Shown: positions 46,880 to 56,530, numbered from the stretch's first letter. The stretch is DNA of 64,000 nt from Thermoanaerobaculales bacterium (GCA_036351195.1 JAZBOQ010000114.1:11832-75831), one strand, 5' to 3'. The notes: generated by a model not told the origin, from the letters alone. Translations and numbers: made by a program.

Positions 46880-46990
46880 TATCCGAAGTTGTCCGAATCG
46901 ATCCCGATCCCAATCCCGATCCCGTACCCGAGATGGCGTTTCGGGAACGGGAACGGGAGCGGGAGCGGGAACGAGGGCATCCTTACGTCC
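46880..46990 (+). repeat. Hairpin repeat F2 (core ATGGCGTTTCGGGA)
   Basis: Hexamer-like arms gatcccgatcccaatcccgatcccgtacccga / tcgggaacgggaacgggagcgggagcggga around the core at 46933..46946. Same orientation as F1. Confidence 0.7.
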
Positions 46991-46994
46991 TGTG

Positions 46995-48197
46995 TCAGTC
47001 CGAGCGCGGCGCCTTCGTCGCCCCACTTTCGATCATCGCTTCGATTTCTGCATCGCTCAGCCCGGTCGCCCTCAGCACCTCGACGCTGTGCTCCCCCAGC
47101 CTCGGCGGCATGAGACGCACCGAGCCCGGGGTCTCTGAGAACCTGGTCGGCAGATCCGGCAGGCGGATCTTTCCTTCCGTGGGGTGGTCGAACTCCTTCC
47201 AGAATCCCGTCGCCGTGAGATGGGGGTCTTCGAGGAGATCTTCGAGGGTGTTGACGATCATGGTCGGCACCGGAGTGTCGCCGAGGATTTCGAGCCACTC
47301 GCTCGTGGTCTTGGTCGCGACCATGTTCGAGACCTCGCGGTAGACCTCGTCGATGTTCTTGAGCCGCGACACCAGGCTCGAGAATCGTTCGTCCTCGATG
47401 AACTCGGGTCGACCCGCAGCCCTGCAGAAGATCTCCCAGTGCTTGTTGAGGTACGGCAGGATGGCGATGTAACCGTCCTTGGTCTGGTAGGGACGGCGGT
47501 CCGGGCTGAGCAGCCGTGCGTAACCCATTTCACCTTCGGCGGGTTCAAAGGTTCCACCATAAAGGTGCTCGGCCATGACGTAGTTGACCATGGTCTCGAA
47601 CATGGGCACTTCGATCTCCTGCCCGATCCCTGTCTTTTCGCGGTGATACAGCGCAGAGGTGATGGAGTAGACCACGGCCATGGCGGTGGTCTTATCGGCG
47701 ACGATCACCGGCAGATAGCTTGGGTCGGCGCCGGCCCGTGCCTTGAGCATGGCAATGCCGCTCGCCGACTGGATCGAGTCGTCGTAGGCGGAGCGGTCGC
47801 TGTATGGGCCGTCGGCGCGGTAGCCGTAGGTGGCGCAATAGATGATCTTCGGGTTGACCTCGCGGACCACGTCGTATTCGAGGCCGAGACGCTTGATGGC
47901 CGGCGGCCGCAGGTTGTGGACGACCACGTCGGCGGTTTCGGCCATCTTGAGCAGCGCCGAGCGACCCGACTCCTGCTTGAGATCCAACACGATGCTCCGC
48001 TTGTTGCGGTTGCAAGTGAGAAACAGCGCACACATTCCCTGGTTGCGCTTGGGGCCGAGTTGGCGATTGCTGTCGCCGAACGGCGGTTCGACCTTGATGA
48101 CATCGGCCCCGAGATCACCGAGGATCTGGCAGGCCCATGGACCGAGGACCACACTGGTCATTTCGATGATGCGAACGCCTTCCAGTGGACCGGACAT
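46995..48197 (-). CDS. Family III CoA-transferase (second copy)
   Basis: LEGVRIIEMTSVVLGPWACQILGDLGADVIKVEPP signature. Confidence 0.85.
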   Translation of the reverse strand: MSGPLEGVRIIEMTSVVLGPWACQILGDLGADVIKVEPPFGDSNRQLGPKRNQGMCALFLTCNRNKRSIVLDLKQESGRSALLKMAETADVVVHNLRPPAIKRLGLEYDVVREVNPKIIYCATYGYRADGPYSDRSAYDDSIQSASGIAMLKARAGADPSYLPVIVADKTTAMAVVYSITSALYHREKTGIGQEIEVPMFETMVNYVMAEHLYGGTFEPAEGEMGYARLLSPDRRPYQTKDGYIAILPYLNKHWEIFCRAAGRPEFIEDERFSSLVSRLKNIDEVYREVSNMVATKTTSEWLEILGDTPVPTMIVNTLEDLLEDPHLTATGFWKEFDHPTEGKIRLPDLPTRFSETPGSVRLMPPRLGEHSVEVLRATGLSDAEIEAMIESGATKAPRSD

Positions 48198-48271
48198 TTG
48201 GCCTCCTTGAGTGGTGCGAAACCGGTTCTCGCGACCGTTGATCGCAAGCCCGAATCGCGAGACAAAGGCGC

Positions 48272-48300
48272 TTGACTTTGTCCTATTGTTCCGACATTAT
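48272..48300 (+). promoter_or_regulatory. Sigma70-type promoter candidate (TTGACT-N17-CATTAT)
   Basis: AT-rich island between divergent genes. Spacing counted directly. Confidence 0.4.
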
Positions 48301-48417
48301 ACTCAGGCATGCCACGAGATCAAGCGGCCGACGCTCGTCCGACGCCGATTCGACATCGGCGGCGGAGCTCCAACCGTGCCCGCGGCCGTCATACCATCAC
48401 ATCATAGGGAGAGATCC

Positions 48418-49266
48418 ATGCGAAAAATCGACATCGTCGTCAACCTCTGGACCCCCGATCTCACCAAGAACTACACCCCCAAGCTCAACCACTTCTGGAA
48501 ACAGATCCACATTCTCGGCGAAACCGGCGAGGGCATTCCCCTTGAGGACGAGATCGCCAAGATGGACGCCGCCGGCGTCGAGAAAGGCCTGATGATCGCC
48601 ACCACCGGCGGCTGGCTCGGGTCGGACATCTTTTTCGAAAAGCCGGTGGAGCGCATCGCCAAGGTGGTCGAGGAGCACCCTGACCGCTTCAAGGGCGTGG
48701 TCGGCATCAACCCCACCAACATCGTGCCCTGGGTGGCGCACGTGGAGAAGGCGGTCAAGGAGTACGGGTTCGTCGGCGCCCACCTCTACCCCCACTGGTT
48801 CGGCAAAGAGCCCGGCCACCGCATGTACTACCCCTTCTACGCCAAGTGCGCCGAGCTCGGGATCCCACTGCAGATCCAGATCGGCCACTCGGCGCAACAC
48901 TTCCTGCCCACTGTGGCCAACCCCATGACCCTGGATCGTGTCGCCATCGACTTCCCCGAGCTCACCATCGTCGGCATCCACATCGGCTATCCGTGGGTGG
49001 AGGAGATGATCTCGGTGACCTGGAAGCACCCCAACGTCTTCGTCGGCTGCGACGCCCACTCACCCAAGTACTGGGATCCGTCCTTCGTCCGCTTCATCAA
49101 CTCGCGTCGAGGCCAGGACAAGGTCCTCTTCGGCACCGACTGGCCGGTCATCGACTTCGAACGCGCGGTCAACGAGATCGGTGAGCTCGGCCTCAAAGAA
49201 GACGTCATGAAGAAGCTGTTCTGGGAGAACGCCATTCGGGTCTATGGGCTGGAGGACTGGGTGTGA
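48418..49266 (+). CDS. Amidohydrolase_2 family metal-dependent hydrolase/decarboxylase (ACMSD/LigI-like)
   Basis: Internal ATG at 48418 with an AGGGAGAG Shine-Dalgarno. IDIVVNLW start, GAHLYPHW, and FGTDWP near the C-terminus. Confidence 0.75.
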   Translation: MRKIDIVVNLWTPDLTKNYTPKLNHFWKQIHILGETGEGIPLEDEIAKMDAAGVEKGLMIATTGGWLGSDIFFEKPVERIAKVVEEHPDRFKGVVGINPTNIVPWVAHVEKAVKEYGFVGAHLYPHWFGKEPGHRMYYPFYAKCAELGIPLQIQIGHSAQHFLPTVANPMTLDRVAIDFPELTIVGIHIGYPWVEEMISVTWKHPNVFVGCDAHSPKYWDPSFVRFINSRRGQDKVLFGTDWPVIDFERAVNEIGELGLKEDVMKKLFWENAIRVYGLEDWV

Positions 49267-50498
49267 GCTCCCGCTTTTTCTACGGCTGGGCCATCGCGCT
49301 CTGCGCCATGTCGGCGCTGATGATCTCGAACGGGATGCTCATCGGCGGGATCAACGTGTTTGACGAGTCACTGATCGAAGAGTTCGATTGGAGCCGGTCG
49401 AGTCTGAAGTTTCGCGATCTGCTCACCTTCGCCCTGACGGGTCTTCTCGGGCCTCTCGCCGGCGCCATGGCCGACAAGTTCGGCGTCCGCCGCATGCTGG
49501 CCTTCGGCGCGACCCTGCTCACCGTCGGGTTTCTGCTCTACTCGCAGATCCAGTCGATCACTCACATGTACGCCATCCACTGCCTCTTTTCACTGGTGCT
49601 CGTGTCGAGCGGACTCATCGTCGCGGTGATGCTGGTCGGGCACTGGTTCGTCGAGAAACGCGGCACCGCCATCGGCATCGCCCTGGTGGGCACCAGTCTC
49701 GGCGGGATCTTCTTTCCCCAGGTCGGCACCTGGTTGATCACCCACTTCGGCTGGCGCAAAGCCATGATGGTGGAGGCGGCCTTCCCCGTCCTCCTGCTCA
49801 TCCTCGTCATCTTCGTGATCCGCAACTCTCCCAAGGACAAGGGCCTCATGCCCCTGGGCGTCGAACCGCAGACAGCGGCGGAGATCGCCGAAGGCAAACC
49901 CGACGTCGAAGCGGCCGGATTGAGCTACTCCGAGGCCCTGAGGACGGGGACGTTCTGGGCTATTGCCTTTGCCGCCATGACCACCTTCTACTCGATTCTC
50001 GGCGCCCAGGCCCACCTCTTCCTCCACCTCCGCGACCTGGGCTTCTCGCCTCAGGTTGCGAGCACCGGAATCAGCCTGCTCTTCGGAATGGCGCTCTTCG
50101 GCAAGTTCGGCTTCGGCTTCCTCGCCGACAAGGTCCAACACAAAAAGGTCTTCTACGGCAATCTCGCGGTGATGCTGATCGGCGCCATCCTGCTGGCCAC
50201 CGTCAAGGTCGAGCTCTTTTGGGTCTCGGTGATCCTCTTCGGTCTCGGCTGGGGCGGCCTCTACACCATGCTGCAACTGCTCACCGTGGAGTGCTTCGGC
50301 CTCCGCGCCACCGGCAAGATCCTCGGCACCATCACGGTGCTCGACGCCATCGGCGGAGGCCTCGGGATCTGGCTCACCGGCCTACTCTACGACACCACCG
50401 GCAGCTACCAGGTGCCGTTCAGCGTTCTCGTCGTTCTGATCATGCTCGCCATGGCGGCGGCCACCCAGGTCCGCCGGCACGTTCCCGAAAGAACCTGA
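49263..50498 (+). CDS. MFS transporter (oxalate/formate antiporter-like)
   Basis: 12 predicted hydrophobic helices. Motif GPLAGAMADKFGVRRM. 4-nt overlap with the upstream gene. Confidence 0.8.
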   Translation: MSSRFFYGWAIALCAMSALMISNGMLIGGINVFDESLIEEFDWSRSSLKFRDLLTFALTGLLGPLAGAMADKFGVRRMLAFGATLLTVGFLLYSQIQSITHMYAIHCLFSLVLVSSGLIVAVMLVGHWFVEKRGTAIGIALVGTSLGGIFFPQVGTWLITHFGWRKAMMVEAAFPVLLLILVIFVIRNSPKDKGLMPLGVEPQTAAEIAEGKPDVEAAGLSYSEALRTGTFWAIAFAAMTTFYSILGAQAHLFLHLRDLGFSPQVASTGISLLFGMALFGKFGFGFLADKVQHKKVFYGNLAVMLIGAILLATVKVELFWVSVILFGLGWGGLYTMLQLLTVECFGLRATGKILGTITVLDAIGGGLGIWLTGLLYDTTGSYQVPFSVLVVLIMLAMAAATQVRRHVPERT

Positions 50499-50511
50499 GA
50501 AGGGGGTTCAG

Positions 50512-50697
50512 ATGTTTGTCGTCTATCTGTTGTGGGTCACCTTCGTCGCGGGGGGCCTCTTCGTCGGGATCGCCGCGATCCTCTTCATGCAGGACAACGG
50601 GTTCAGCATCGCCGTCGCCCTGAACGCGCTGTGCTACCTGGGCATCGCGCTCTACGGCCTGCCCAAGCTCTACAAGTTCGTCTTCAAGAGGGGGTGA
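50512..50697 (+). CDS. Small two-helix membrane protein
   Basis: 61 aa with two hydrophobic helices. Tightly packed between neighbouring genes. Confidence 0.45.
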   Translation: MFVVYLLWVTFVAGGLFVGIAAILFMQDNGFSIAVALNALCYLGIALYGLPKLYKFVFKRG

Positions 50698-50700
50698 GCC

Positions 50701-51276
50701 ATGCCTGACATCACGATCTGGGGCATCAACGTCATCGAGACTTCTTTCAGATGGCTGCACGCGATGATGGTCGCGGGCTGGCTGCTCTTCGATTTCCTCG
50801 TCTACTGGCTGCACTTCGACGTCAAGAACCCCAAGGTGCCCCTGGAAGCGCGGCTCGAGCGCGCCAAGATCATGCACGGCATCGACCGCATCGTCGCCTA
50901 CATCTTCATCCTGACGCTACCGGTGGGCATCATCCTGTGCTACTACACCGACAACCTGCTGTTCAGCTCGGCCTGGCTGACCTGGAAGCACTTCCTCTAC
51001 GCCGTGATCGTCATCGACGGGCTCTGTCTGATTCCGATCTCGGGCACTGCCGTCCGCAACCTGAAGGCCATCAAGAACGGCGCCGAGAACGTCGACGAGC
51101 TCAACCATCAGATCAAGCACCACATGAACATCGCCATGCCCGCAGTCTTCGTGGTCTGGGCCCTGGTGATCGCCATCAGCATTCTCACCCTCCTCAATCT
51201 CAAGCAGCCTGAGGACCAGGAGTACTTCTTCCGGGACGCATCGATGGTGACGGTGGCCGAGCAGAACCGGAGCTGA
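50701..51276 (+). CDS. Membrane protein, unknown function
   Basis: Four or so hydrophobic helices. Lower-GC codon usage than neighbours, but coding-like. Confidence 0.55.
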   Translation: MPDITIWGINVIETSFRWLHAMMVAGWLLFDFLVYWLHFDVKNPKVPLEARLERAKIMHGIDRIVAYIFILTLPVGIILCYYTDNLLFSSAWLTWKHFLYAVIVIDGLCLIPISGTAVRNLKAIKNGAENVDELNHQIKHHMNIAMPAVFVVWALVIAISILTLLNLKQPEDQEYFFRDASMVTVAEQNRS

Positions 51277-51304
51277 GCTTCGACCGCCGCAAACGGCGGC
51301 CGCG

Positions 51305-51766
51305 ATGGAGGAAACCATGATTCCAGCCGCCGAGCGGCCGCTGCCCTACTTCCAGCGCATCGCTCTCATCGTCGAGGATCTCGACAGGGCCTTCCAGGTC
51401 TACCGAGACCTCCTCGGTTTCACCGTCGACTTCGTCGGCCCCCACGGTTCGGATTCCTTCGCCTACGAGATCTTCGGCATTCCCGAGTCGGTTCCCATCC
51501 GCTTCGCCGCCCTCTCCAGCGAGACCCAGCAGCGCACCATGGCCCTCATCGAGGCGCCCGGCCACGCCGCGAAGTTGAGCGAACGCCGGGCCGCGGCGGT
51601 GATCCAGGTGGTGTCGGTGACCGAAATCCTGGCCCAGGTCGAGGCCCTGGGTTTGGAGGCGCACGAGCCGCGGACCGAGCTCGACCCCTCGAAGGGTCCG
51701 CCGCGCACCGAGTCCGGGTTCTACGATCACGATGGGAACACCGTCGTGATCTACAAGCTCGAATGA
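51305..51766 (+). CDS. VOC (glyoxalase/bleomycin resistance/dioxygenase) family protein
   Basis: FQRIALIVEDLDRAFQVYRDLLGF and DHDGNTVVIYK blocks. Confidence 0.7.
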   Translation: MEETMIPAAERPLPYFQRIALIVEDLDRAFQVYRDLLGFTVDFVGPHGSDSFAYEIFGIPESVPIRFAALSSETQQRTMALIEAPGHAAKLSERRAAAVIQVVSVTEILAQVEALGLEAHEPRTELDPSKGPPRTESGFYDHDGNTVVIYKLE

Positions 51767-53043
51767 GCAGAAAGTCGAGTGGTTCATCCCGCCGTTTGTG
51801 GGATGAGCCCATGAGCCGTTCCATCGCCATCGCGCTCAGCCGCTGGAGCGGTTACTCATGGCTGGTCGCTGCTCTCGCGATGCTGGTGGTCCTCACCTCC
51901 AACGCGATGACCAACGCCGGGCTGACGGTCTTCGACGAGTCGCTGCTCAACGAGCTCGGCTGCAGCGTCGCGCAGCTCAAGGTTCGAGATTCGATCACCT
52001 TCCTCGCCACGTCGCTGCTCGTCCTCCTCGCCGGATGGCTGGTCGACCGCTACGGTTTCAAGCCCTTCCTGCTCATCGGGCTGACGCTCCTCGGTGTCAG
52101 CTACCTCCTCTACAGCCAGGCCCAGAGCCTGGCTCAGCTCTATCTGCTCCACCTTCTCTTCGCGGTGGTGCTCGCCCTTGCCGGCATCACCGTCTCGGTC
52201 ATCACCGCGGCCACGTGGATGCCCAGGCGACGGGGGCTCGCCATCGGACTGACGGTCGCCGGGACGAGCATCGGTGGGATCCTCATCCCACCGTTGGCAA
52301 ACGCCCTCAACACCCGCTTCGGGTGGCGGTCCGCCATGCGGATGGAGGCCGTCTGGCCGCTGTTGCTGGTGGTCGTGCTGATGGTGGCGCTGCGCAACCG
52401 CCCGAAGCGGGACGGCAGCGAGACCGACGCCGCAGCCGCCGCCACCAAGGCCGGCGAGGGAATGACCTTCTCCGATGTTCTGCGTCGTCGCCAGTTCTTC
52501 CAGGTGGCGTTCGCGGGGTCGCTGACGTTCTTTGCCGTGCTCTCGCTGTTTTCCCACCTCTTTCTCTTCATGCGGAGCCACGGATTCGACCCCGCCACCG
52601 CCAGCCTGGGTCTGAGCCTCTTCTCGCTGGCGGGGCTCGCCGGGAAGCTCGGCTCGGGTTGGATCTCGGACCGGGTCGACGCCTATCGGCTGCTGCGGGT
52701 GCAGATGTTCACCATGCTCGCCGGCCTCGTCGGCATCACGCTCGTCCCGTCCTTCATCTGGATCTTCCTGATCGTCACCGGCCTCGGCTGGGGCAGCCTC
52801 CACACCCTCTTCAATTACATTCTCATCACCCTCTTCGGTCTCCGCGACGCCGGCAAGATCAACGGCACGGTGAGCATCGTCAACGCCGCTGGCGGCGGCC
52901 TCGGCATCCTCCTCACCGGCCTCGCACACGATGCTCTCGGCGGCTACCCGGAGGCCTTCGGCATCGTCTGCGCGGTGATGTTCCTCGGCGCCCTGCTCAC
53001 CCTTCGGCTCCGCCCTCCGCGTGAGACAGCGGCGGCAACGTAA
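51763..53043 (+). CDS. MFS transporter (paralog of 49263..50498)
   Basis: ATGA overlap with the VOC gene. 12 hydrophobic helices. Similar N-terminal layout to the first MFS. Confidence 0.8.
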   Translation: MSRKSSGSSRRLWDEPMSRSIAIALSRWSGYSWLVAALAMLVVLTSNAMTNAGLTVFDESLLNELGCSVAQLKVRDSITFLATSLLVLLAGWLVDRYGFKPFLLIGLTLLGVSYLLYSQAQSLAQLYLLHLLFAVVLALAGITVSVITAATWMPRRRGLAIGLTVAGTSIGGILIPPLANALNTRFGWRSAMRMEAVWPLLLVVVLMVALRNRPKRDGSETDAAAAATKAGEGMTFSDVLRRRQFFQVAFAGSLTFFAVLSLFSHLFLFMRSHGFDPATASLGLSLFSLAGLAGKLGSGWISDRVDAYRLLRVQMFTMLAGLVGITLVPSFIWIFLIVTGLGWGSLHTLFNYILITLFGLRDAGKINGTVSIVNAAGGGLGILLTGLAHDALGGYPEAFGIVCAVMFLGALLTLRLRPPRETAAAT

Positions 53044-53130
53044 GGCGCCCCGACGACAGGCAGAGATGCCTGTCGCCACAACACCGACCGCAGCAGGGAC
53101 AGTATCCGTGGCAGTGACAGCGACCACGCC
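53044..53130 (+). repeat. Composite hairpin repeat, partial copy D
   Basis: gacaggcagagatgcctgtc (53055..53074) corresponds to ggcaggcagagatgcctgcc (41500..41519). Ends with the gtatccg block, as copies B and C do. Confidence 0.6.
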
Positions 53131-53276
53131 ACCGGGCACCCGCGGTGGGCCAGGGCCACCCACCCTGACAGACCGCCACGGGGAAGTCGATCACCGTTTC
53201 CGGATCGCAACGCCGAATATTCTCGCGACGCGATCTCACAAACTCCAACTCGTTCGGACAAATGCCGTGTTGACTA

Positions 53277-53305
53277 TTGTACGAATAATCGAATGACAGT
53301 ATGAT
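53277..53305 (+). promoter_or_regulatory. Sigma70-type promoter candidate (TTGTAC-N17-TATGAT)
   Basis: AT-rich island 140 nt upstream of the TonB-dependent receptor gene. Same -35 hexamer as the candidate at 13198. Confidence 0.4.
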
Positions 53306-53445
53306 CAGTCCAACACATAGATCGCCAGTGGTTTCTCGCACCGTCGGTTCACGCCCGCGTTGCCGCGTCCGCTCGGAGAAGCGGCACATTCGGCAGGGCT
53401 GTCATATGAACGAAACGGGGACTTCGGTCCCGGGGAGGGAAGACC

Positions 53446-56022
53446 ATGATCGGACGTTACCACCACCTCATTATCCTCGCCGTCCTGCTGCCGGGAGCGC
53501 TCCTACTGTGCTCCACGGCCGAGGCCACTGCCGAGCTGAGCTTCAAGGTCCAAGGCGGAGATCCGAGCCAGGCCGTCTCCGTCGAGGTTCAGGCTCCGGA
53601 CGGATCCGTCGAATCCTTCCAGGTCCCCGGTGGCTCCCTGGTGGTCCAGCCCGATGGCCAGCCGGGAACCTATCGGGTGACCTTCTCCACGGGCGGTGAG
53701 ACCGCCTCAGCCGACGTCCCTGTCCCGGCTCACGGCCAGGTCATCGTCACGTTCCGGCCCGACGAGCTCCAGCAGAAGATCACCATCGACGAGCCCGGGC
53801 CCATCGAGAACATCATGGTCACGGCGCGACGGGTCGAGGAGCCTCTGCAACAGTCCCCGGTGGCGATCACCGCCCTCACCACCAGCCAGCTCGAGGACCA
53901 GCACATCACCAACATCCAGGAGCTCGCTCTGGCGACACCGAACCTCTGGATGGAGAAGAACACCAGCTCGTCCAGCGGCGCCCGGGCGGCCATCCGAGGC
54001 ATCGGCGAGGACGAGTCCATGTTCACCTCCGACACACCGGTGGGGATCTACATCGACGACGTCTACATTCCGCGCCAGCTCGGCGCCCAGTTCGACCTCT
54101 ACGAAACCGAGCGCCTCGAGGTGCTTCGAGGTCCCCAGGGCACCCTCTACGGCCGCAACACCTCTGCCGGCGCCATCAAGCTCATTTCCAAGCAGCCGCA
54201 CAGCGAGTTCGCGCTCAACCTGGAAGCCGCGCTCGGCAACTTCGACCGGATGGACTTCCGAGGCATGGTCAACGTGCCCGTGGCCGACTGGTTCTCCTTC
54301 CAGCTCGCGGCCATGACCCGCAGCCACGACGGATTCGACGAAAATCTCTACGACGGCAACGACGTCAACGACCAGGACATCTGGGGCACCCGCCTCTCGT
54401 TGCGCTTCATGCCGTCGGATTCCGTGGACATCCTGGTGGTCGGTGACGTGCTGAAGGAATCGTCCACTCCCGGCTTCCCTCTCGGTTTCGTGCCCCAGGC
54501 GCCCTTCATCAACGGTTTCGGCGTCGGCCAGTGGAGCTTCGAGCACCAGCTCGACGGCGACACCGACCCCCACACCCTGCTGTCCGATCTGGAACCGCCG
54601 TACCTCAACGATCTCGACCAGAGCGGCATCTACGCCACCATCGACTGGCAGGTCTCCGAGGAGATGTCCTTCAAGTCGGTGTCGGCGTGGCGAGAGCTCT
54701 CCAGCGAGTTCTTCGTCGACGGCGACGGCCAGGTGGGCAACCAGTTCCTGCCCGGCATCATCCCGGAGTTCCTACCGCTCTTCCACATTTTCCAGGACCA
54801 GACACAGGATCAGATCAGCCAGGAGCTGCAACTGCTCGGCACCATCGGCACCAAGATCGACTACGTCGGCGGGCTCTACTACTTCACCGAGTCGAACCAG
54901 CAGATCACGGAGAATGTCGTCTTGTCGCTTCCCGGGCTGAATCGTTACACCGACTCGAGCCTCGACACCGACAGCTACGCCGGGTTCGCCAGCTTCGACT
55001 TCCACCTCCTGGACAACCTGACCCTCACCGCCGGCGGCCGCTGGACGGAAGACACCAAGGACTTCGACATCACGGTCTTCAACCCCGACGGCAGCCAGAT
55101 GATTGCCTGCGTCGGGCCCGGCGGTGAGATCATCGACTCCCAGGCGCCGTGCGGACCGGACGCCCCCCCGGGCTCCGTCGACACGCCGGTGGAAAAACAC
55201 CTCGACGACTCGTGGAGCCGGTTCACACCGCGGCTCGCCCTGGCCTGGAACGCCGCCGACAACATCCTCGCCTACGTCGATCTGAGCACCGGCTTCAAGT
55301 CCGGCGCCTTTGACGGCCGGGCCAACGAAGGCTCCACCGTCCTCCCCCTCGAGCCCATTCCGCCCGAAGACATCAGCTCCTTCGAGATCGGCATGAAGGG
55401 CGACTTCTTTCACAACACCTGGCGGCTCAACATCGCGGCCTTCCTCAATCAGTACGACGACCTCCAGGGCACCGGCACCGACCCCGACGGCAACTTCCTG
55501 CGCTTCTCCCTGGGTGATGTGGAAACCTCGGGCGCCGAGATCGAGACCATCGTGGTGCCCATCGACGGTCTTCAGCTCACCGGTAATCTCGCCCTCCTCG
55601 ACACCAAGTTCACCGAGCAGAACTTCAACCAAGCCGTCGACTGCGCGCCGTATGGGACCGGCGACATCGACCTCGAGCTCAAGTACTCGCCCAAGACGTC
55701 CTACCGCATCGGGGCGCTCTACACCACCCCGAACAAGGTCGCCGGCGGTTACTTCTCCATCGGCGCCAACTACAGCTACAAGGCCAAGCACTTCCTCGGA
55801 TTCTGCAACGCCGGGGCGCAGACGCAGCCGGCCTACGACGTCGTCGACGGCATCATCGCCTACGACACCGCCAACGGCCATTGGCGCTTCGAACTCGCCG
55901 GCAAGAACATCACCGACGAGGAGTACATGATCGGCGTCTTCGCCATCCCCGGCCTGAGGATCGTCAGCGGTTACATCGCCCCGCCCATGACCTACACCTT
56001 CACCGCGAAGCTTCGCTTCTGA
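53446..56022 (+). CDS. TonB-dependent receptor with N-terminal carboxypeptidase-regulatory-like domain
   Basis: Signal peptide. Plug block IMVTARRVEEPLQQSPVAITAL. Beta-barrel repeats. C-terminal aromatic TFTAKLRF. Confidence 0.9.
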   Translation: MIGRYHHLIILAVLLPGALLLCSTAEATAELSFKVQGGDPSQAVSVEVQAPDGSVESFQVPGGSLVVQPDGQPGTYRVTFSTGGETASADVPVPAHGQVIVTFRPDELQQKITIDEPGPIENIMVTARRVEEPLQQSPVAITALTTSQLEDQHITNIQELALATPNLWMEKNTSSSSGARAAIRGIGEDESMFTSDTPVGIYIDDVYIPRQLGAQFDLYETERLEVLRGPQGTLYGRNTSAGAIKLISKQPHSEFALNLEAALGNFDRMDFRGMVNVPVADWFSFQLAAMTRSHDGFDENLYDGNDVNDQDIWGTRLSLRFMPSDSVDILVVGDVLKESSTPGFPLGFVPQAPFINGFGVGQWSFEHQLDGDTDPHTLLSDLEPPYLNDLDQSGIYATIDWQVSEEMSFKSVSAWRELSSEFFVDGDGQVGNQFLPGIIPEFLPLFHIFQDQTQDQISQELQLLGTIGTKIDYVGGLYYFTESNQQITENVVLSLPGLNRYTDSSLDTDSYAGFASFDFHLLDNLTLTAGGRWTEDTKDFDITVFNPDGSQMIACVGPGGEIIDSQAPCGPDAPPGSVDTPVEKHLDDSWSRFTPRLALAWNAADNILAYVDLSTGFKSGAFDGRANEGSTVLPLEPIPPEDISSFEIGMKGDFFHNTWRLNIAAFLNQYDDLQGTGTDPDGNFLRFSLGDVETSGAEIETIVVPIDGLQLTGNLALLDTKFTEQNFNQAVDCAPYGTGDIDLELKYSPKTSYRIGALYTTPNKVAGGYFSIGANYSYKAKHFLGFCNAGAQTQPAYDVVDGIIAYDTANGHWRFELAGKNITDEEYMIGVFAIPGLRIVSGYIAPPMTYTFTAKLRF

Positions 56023-56044
56023 TCGTCTTTTTTTCCCTTTTGGT

Positions 56045-56075
56045 GCGCCGCCCATCCGGGCGGCGCTGTTTTCTT
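56045..56075 (+). terminator. Rho-independent terminator
   Basis: gcgccgccc-atcc-gggcggcgc stem followed by tgttttcttc. Confidence 0.7.
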
Positions 56076-56124
56076 CGCGTCCGTCCCCAGGTCCGATGCT
56101 GGATACTCGATCCTGGATGCAACG

Positions 56125-56425
56125 CGACCGCCCCAGCGTGCTGCCGGCGGACGTGCCATGTTCACACTTTTCGCCTCCTGCCTCTTCAAGCTCTCAGCGC
56201 GCATCGAAAAGTGGGGACGTGGCAATCGCCGAGCTCAGCCGCTGAAAGGTGGGCTGAAGCCTGCAGGCAGGCCGTCGCTCGCCCGATCAGGGCGGTCATT
56301 GCTCTTCCGGCCGCCATCGCTGACCGCCCTGATCGGGCGACGCCGGGTTGCCGCCGCCGTGCAGGCGGCGGCAACCCAGGAGGCCGGAGTACCGGGTACC
56401 GCCCGTATCCGTGACACCGACAGGC
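56125..56425 (+). repeat. Composite hairpin repeat, copy C
   Basis: Stems at 56279..56298 / 56321..56340 and 56345..56377. The 5' module cgccccagcgtg...ggcggacgtgccatg is shared with copy B. Confidence 0.8.
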
Positions 56426-56432
56426 TAACGCC

Positions 56433-56495
56433 TTGACAACCCAGTGTCAGAAGATTAGATTTACTAATAGTGAATTGTCCTAACTATTATTCGTA
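56433..56495 (+). promoter_or_regulatory. Sigma70-type promoter candidate (TTGACA-N17-TAGATT) plus inverted repeat TAATAGT-N11-ACTATTA
   Basis: -35 at 56433..56438 and -10 at 56456..56461. Inverted repeat at 56465..56471 / 56483..56489. Only strongly AT-rich stretch upstream of the molybdoenzyme operon. Confidence 0.5.
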
Positions 56496-56530
56496 GTGCC
56501 GATTCTCACCAGATTCGGGGAGGAGCTGAC

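Noticed and set aside
45846-46990. Integron gene cassette (attC-like hairpins flanking the DUF1838 gene).
   Set aside because: There is no integrase and no attI or Pc context. The neighbouring genes are not separated by similar sites, and the hairpins lack the recognisable R''-L''/L'-R' attC organisation as far as I can see.
53300-53445. Cobalamin or other riboswitch in the 5' leader of the TonB-dependent receptor.
   Set aside because: No B12-box-like sequence or other riboswitch core that I can recognise, only short generic hairpins.
56225-56265. Possible Moco riboswitch upstream of the molybdoenzyme (ccgagctcagccgctgaaaggtgggc vaguely recalls CCGAG...GAAAGG elements of the Moco RNA motif).
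   Set aside because: The same segment is a module of the multi-copy repeat. The homologous piece in copy E is cccagccgctcaaagctggtgc at 15858..15880, next to genes unrelated to molybdenum. I could not trace the full Moco motif architecture.
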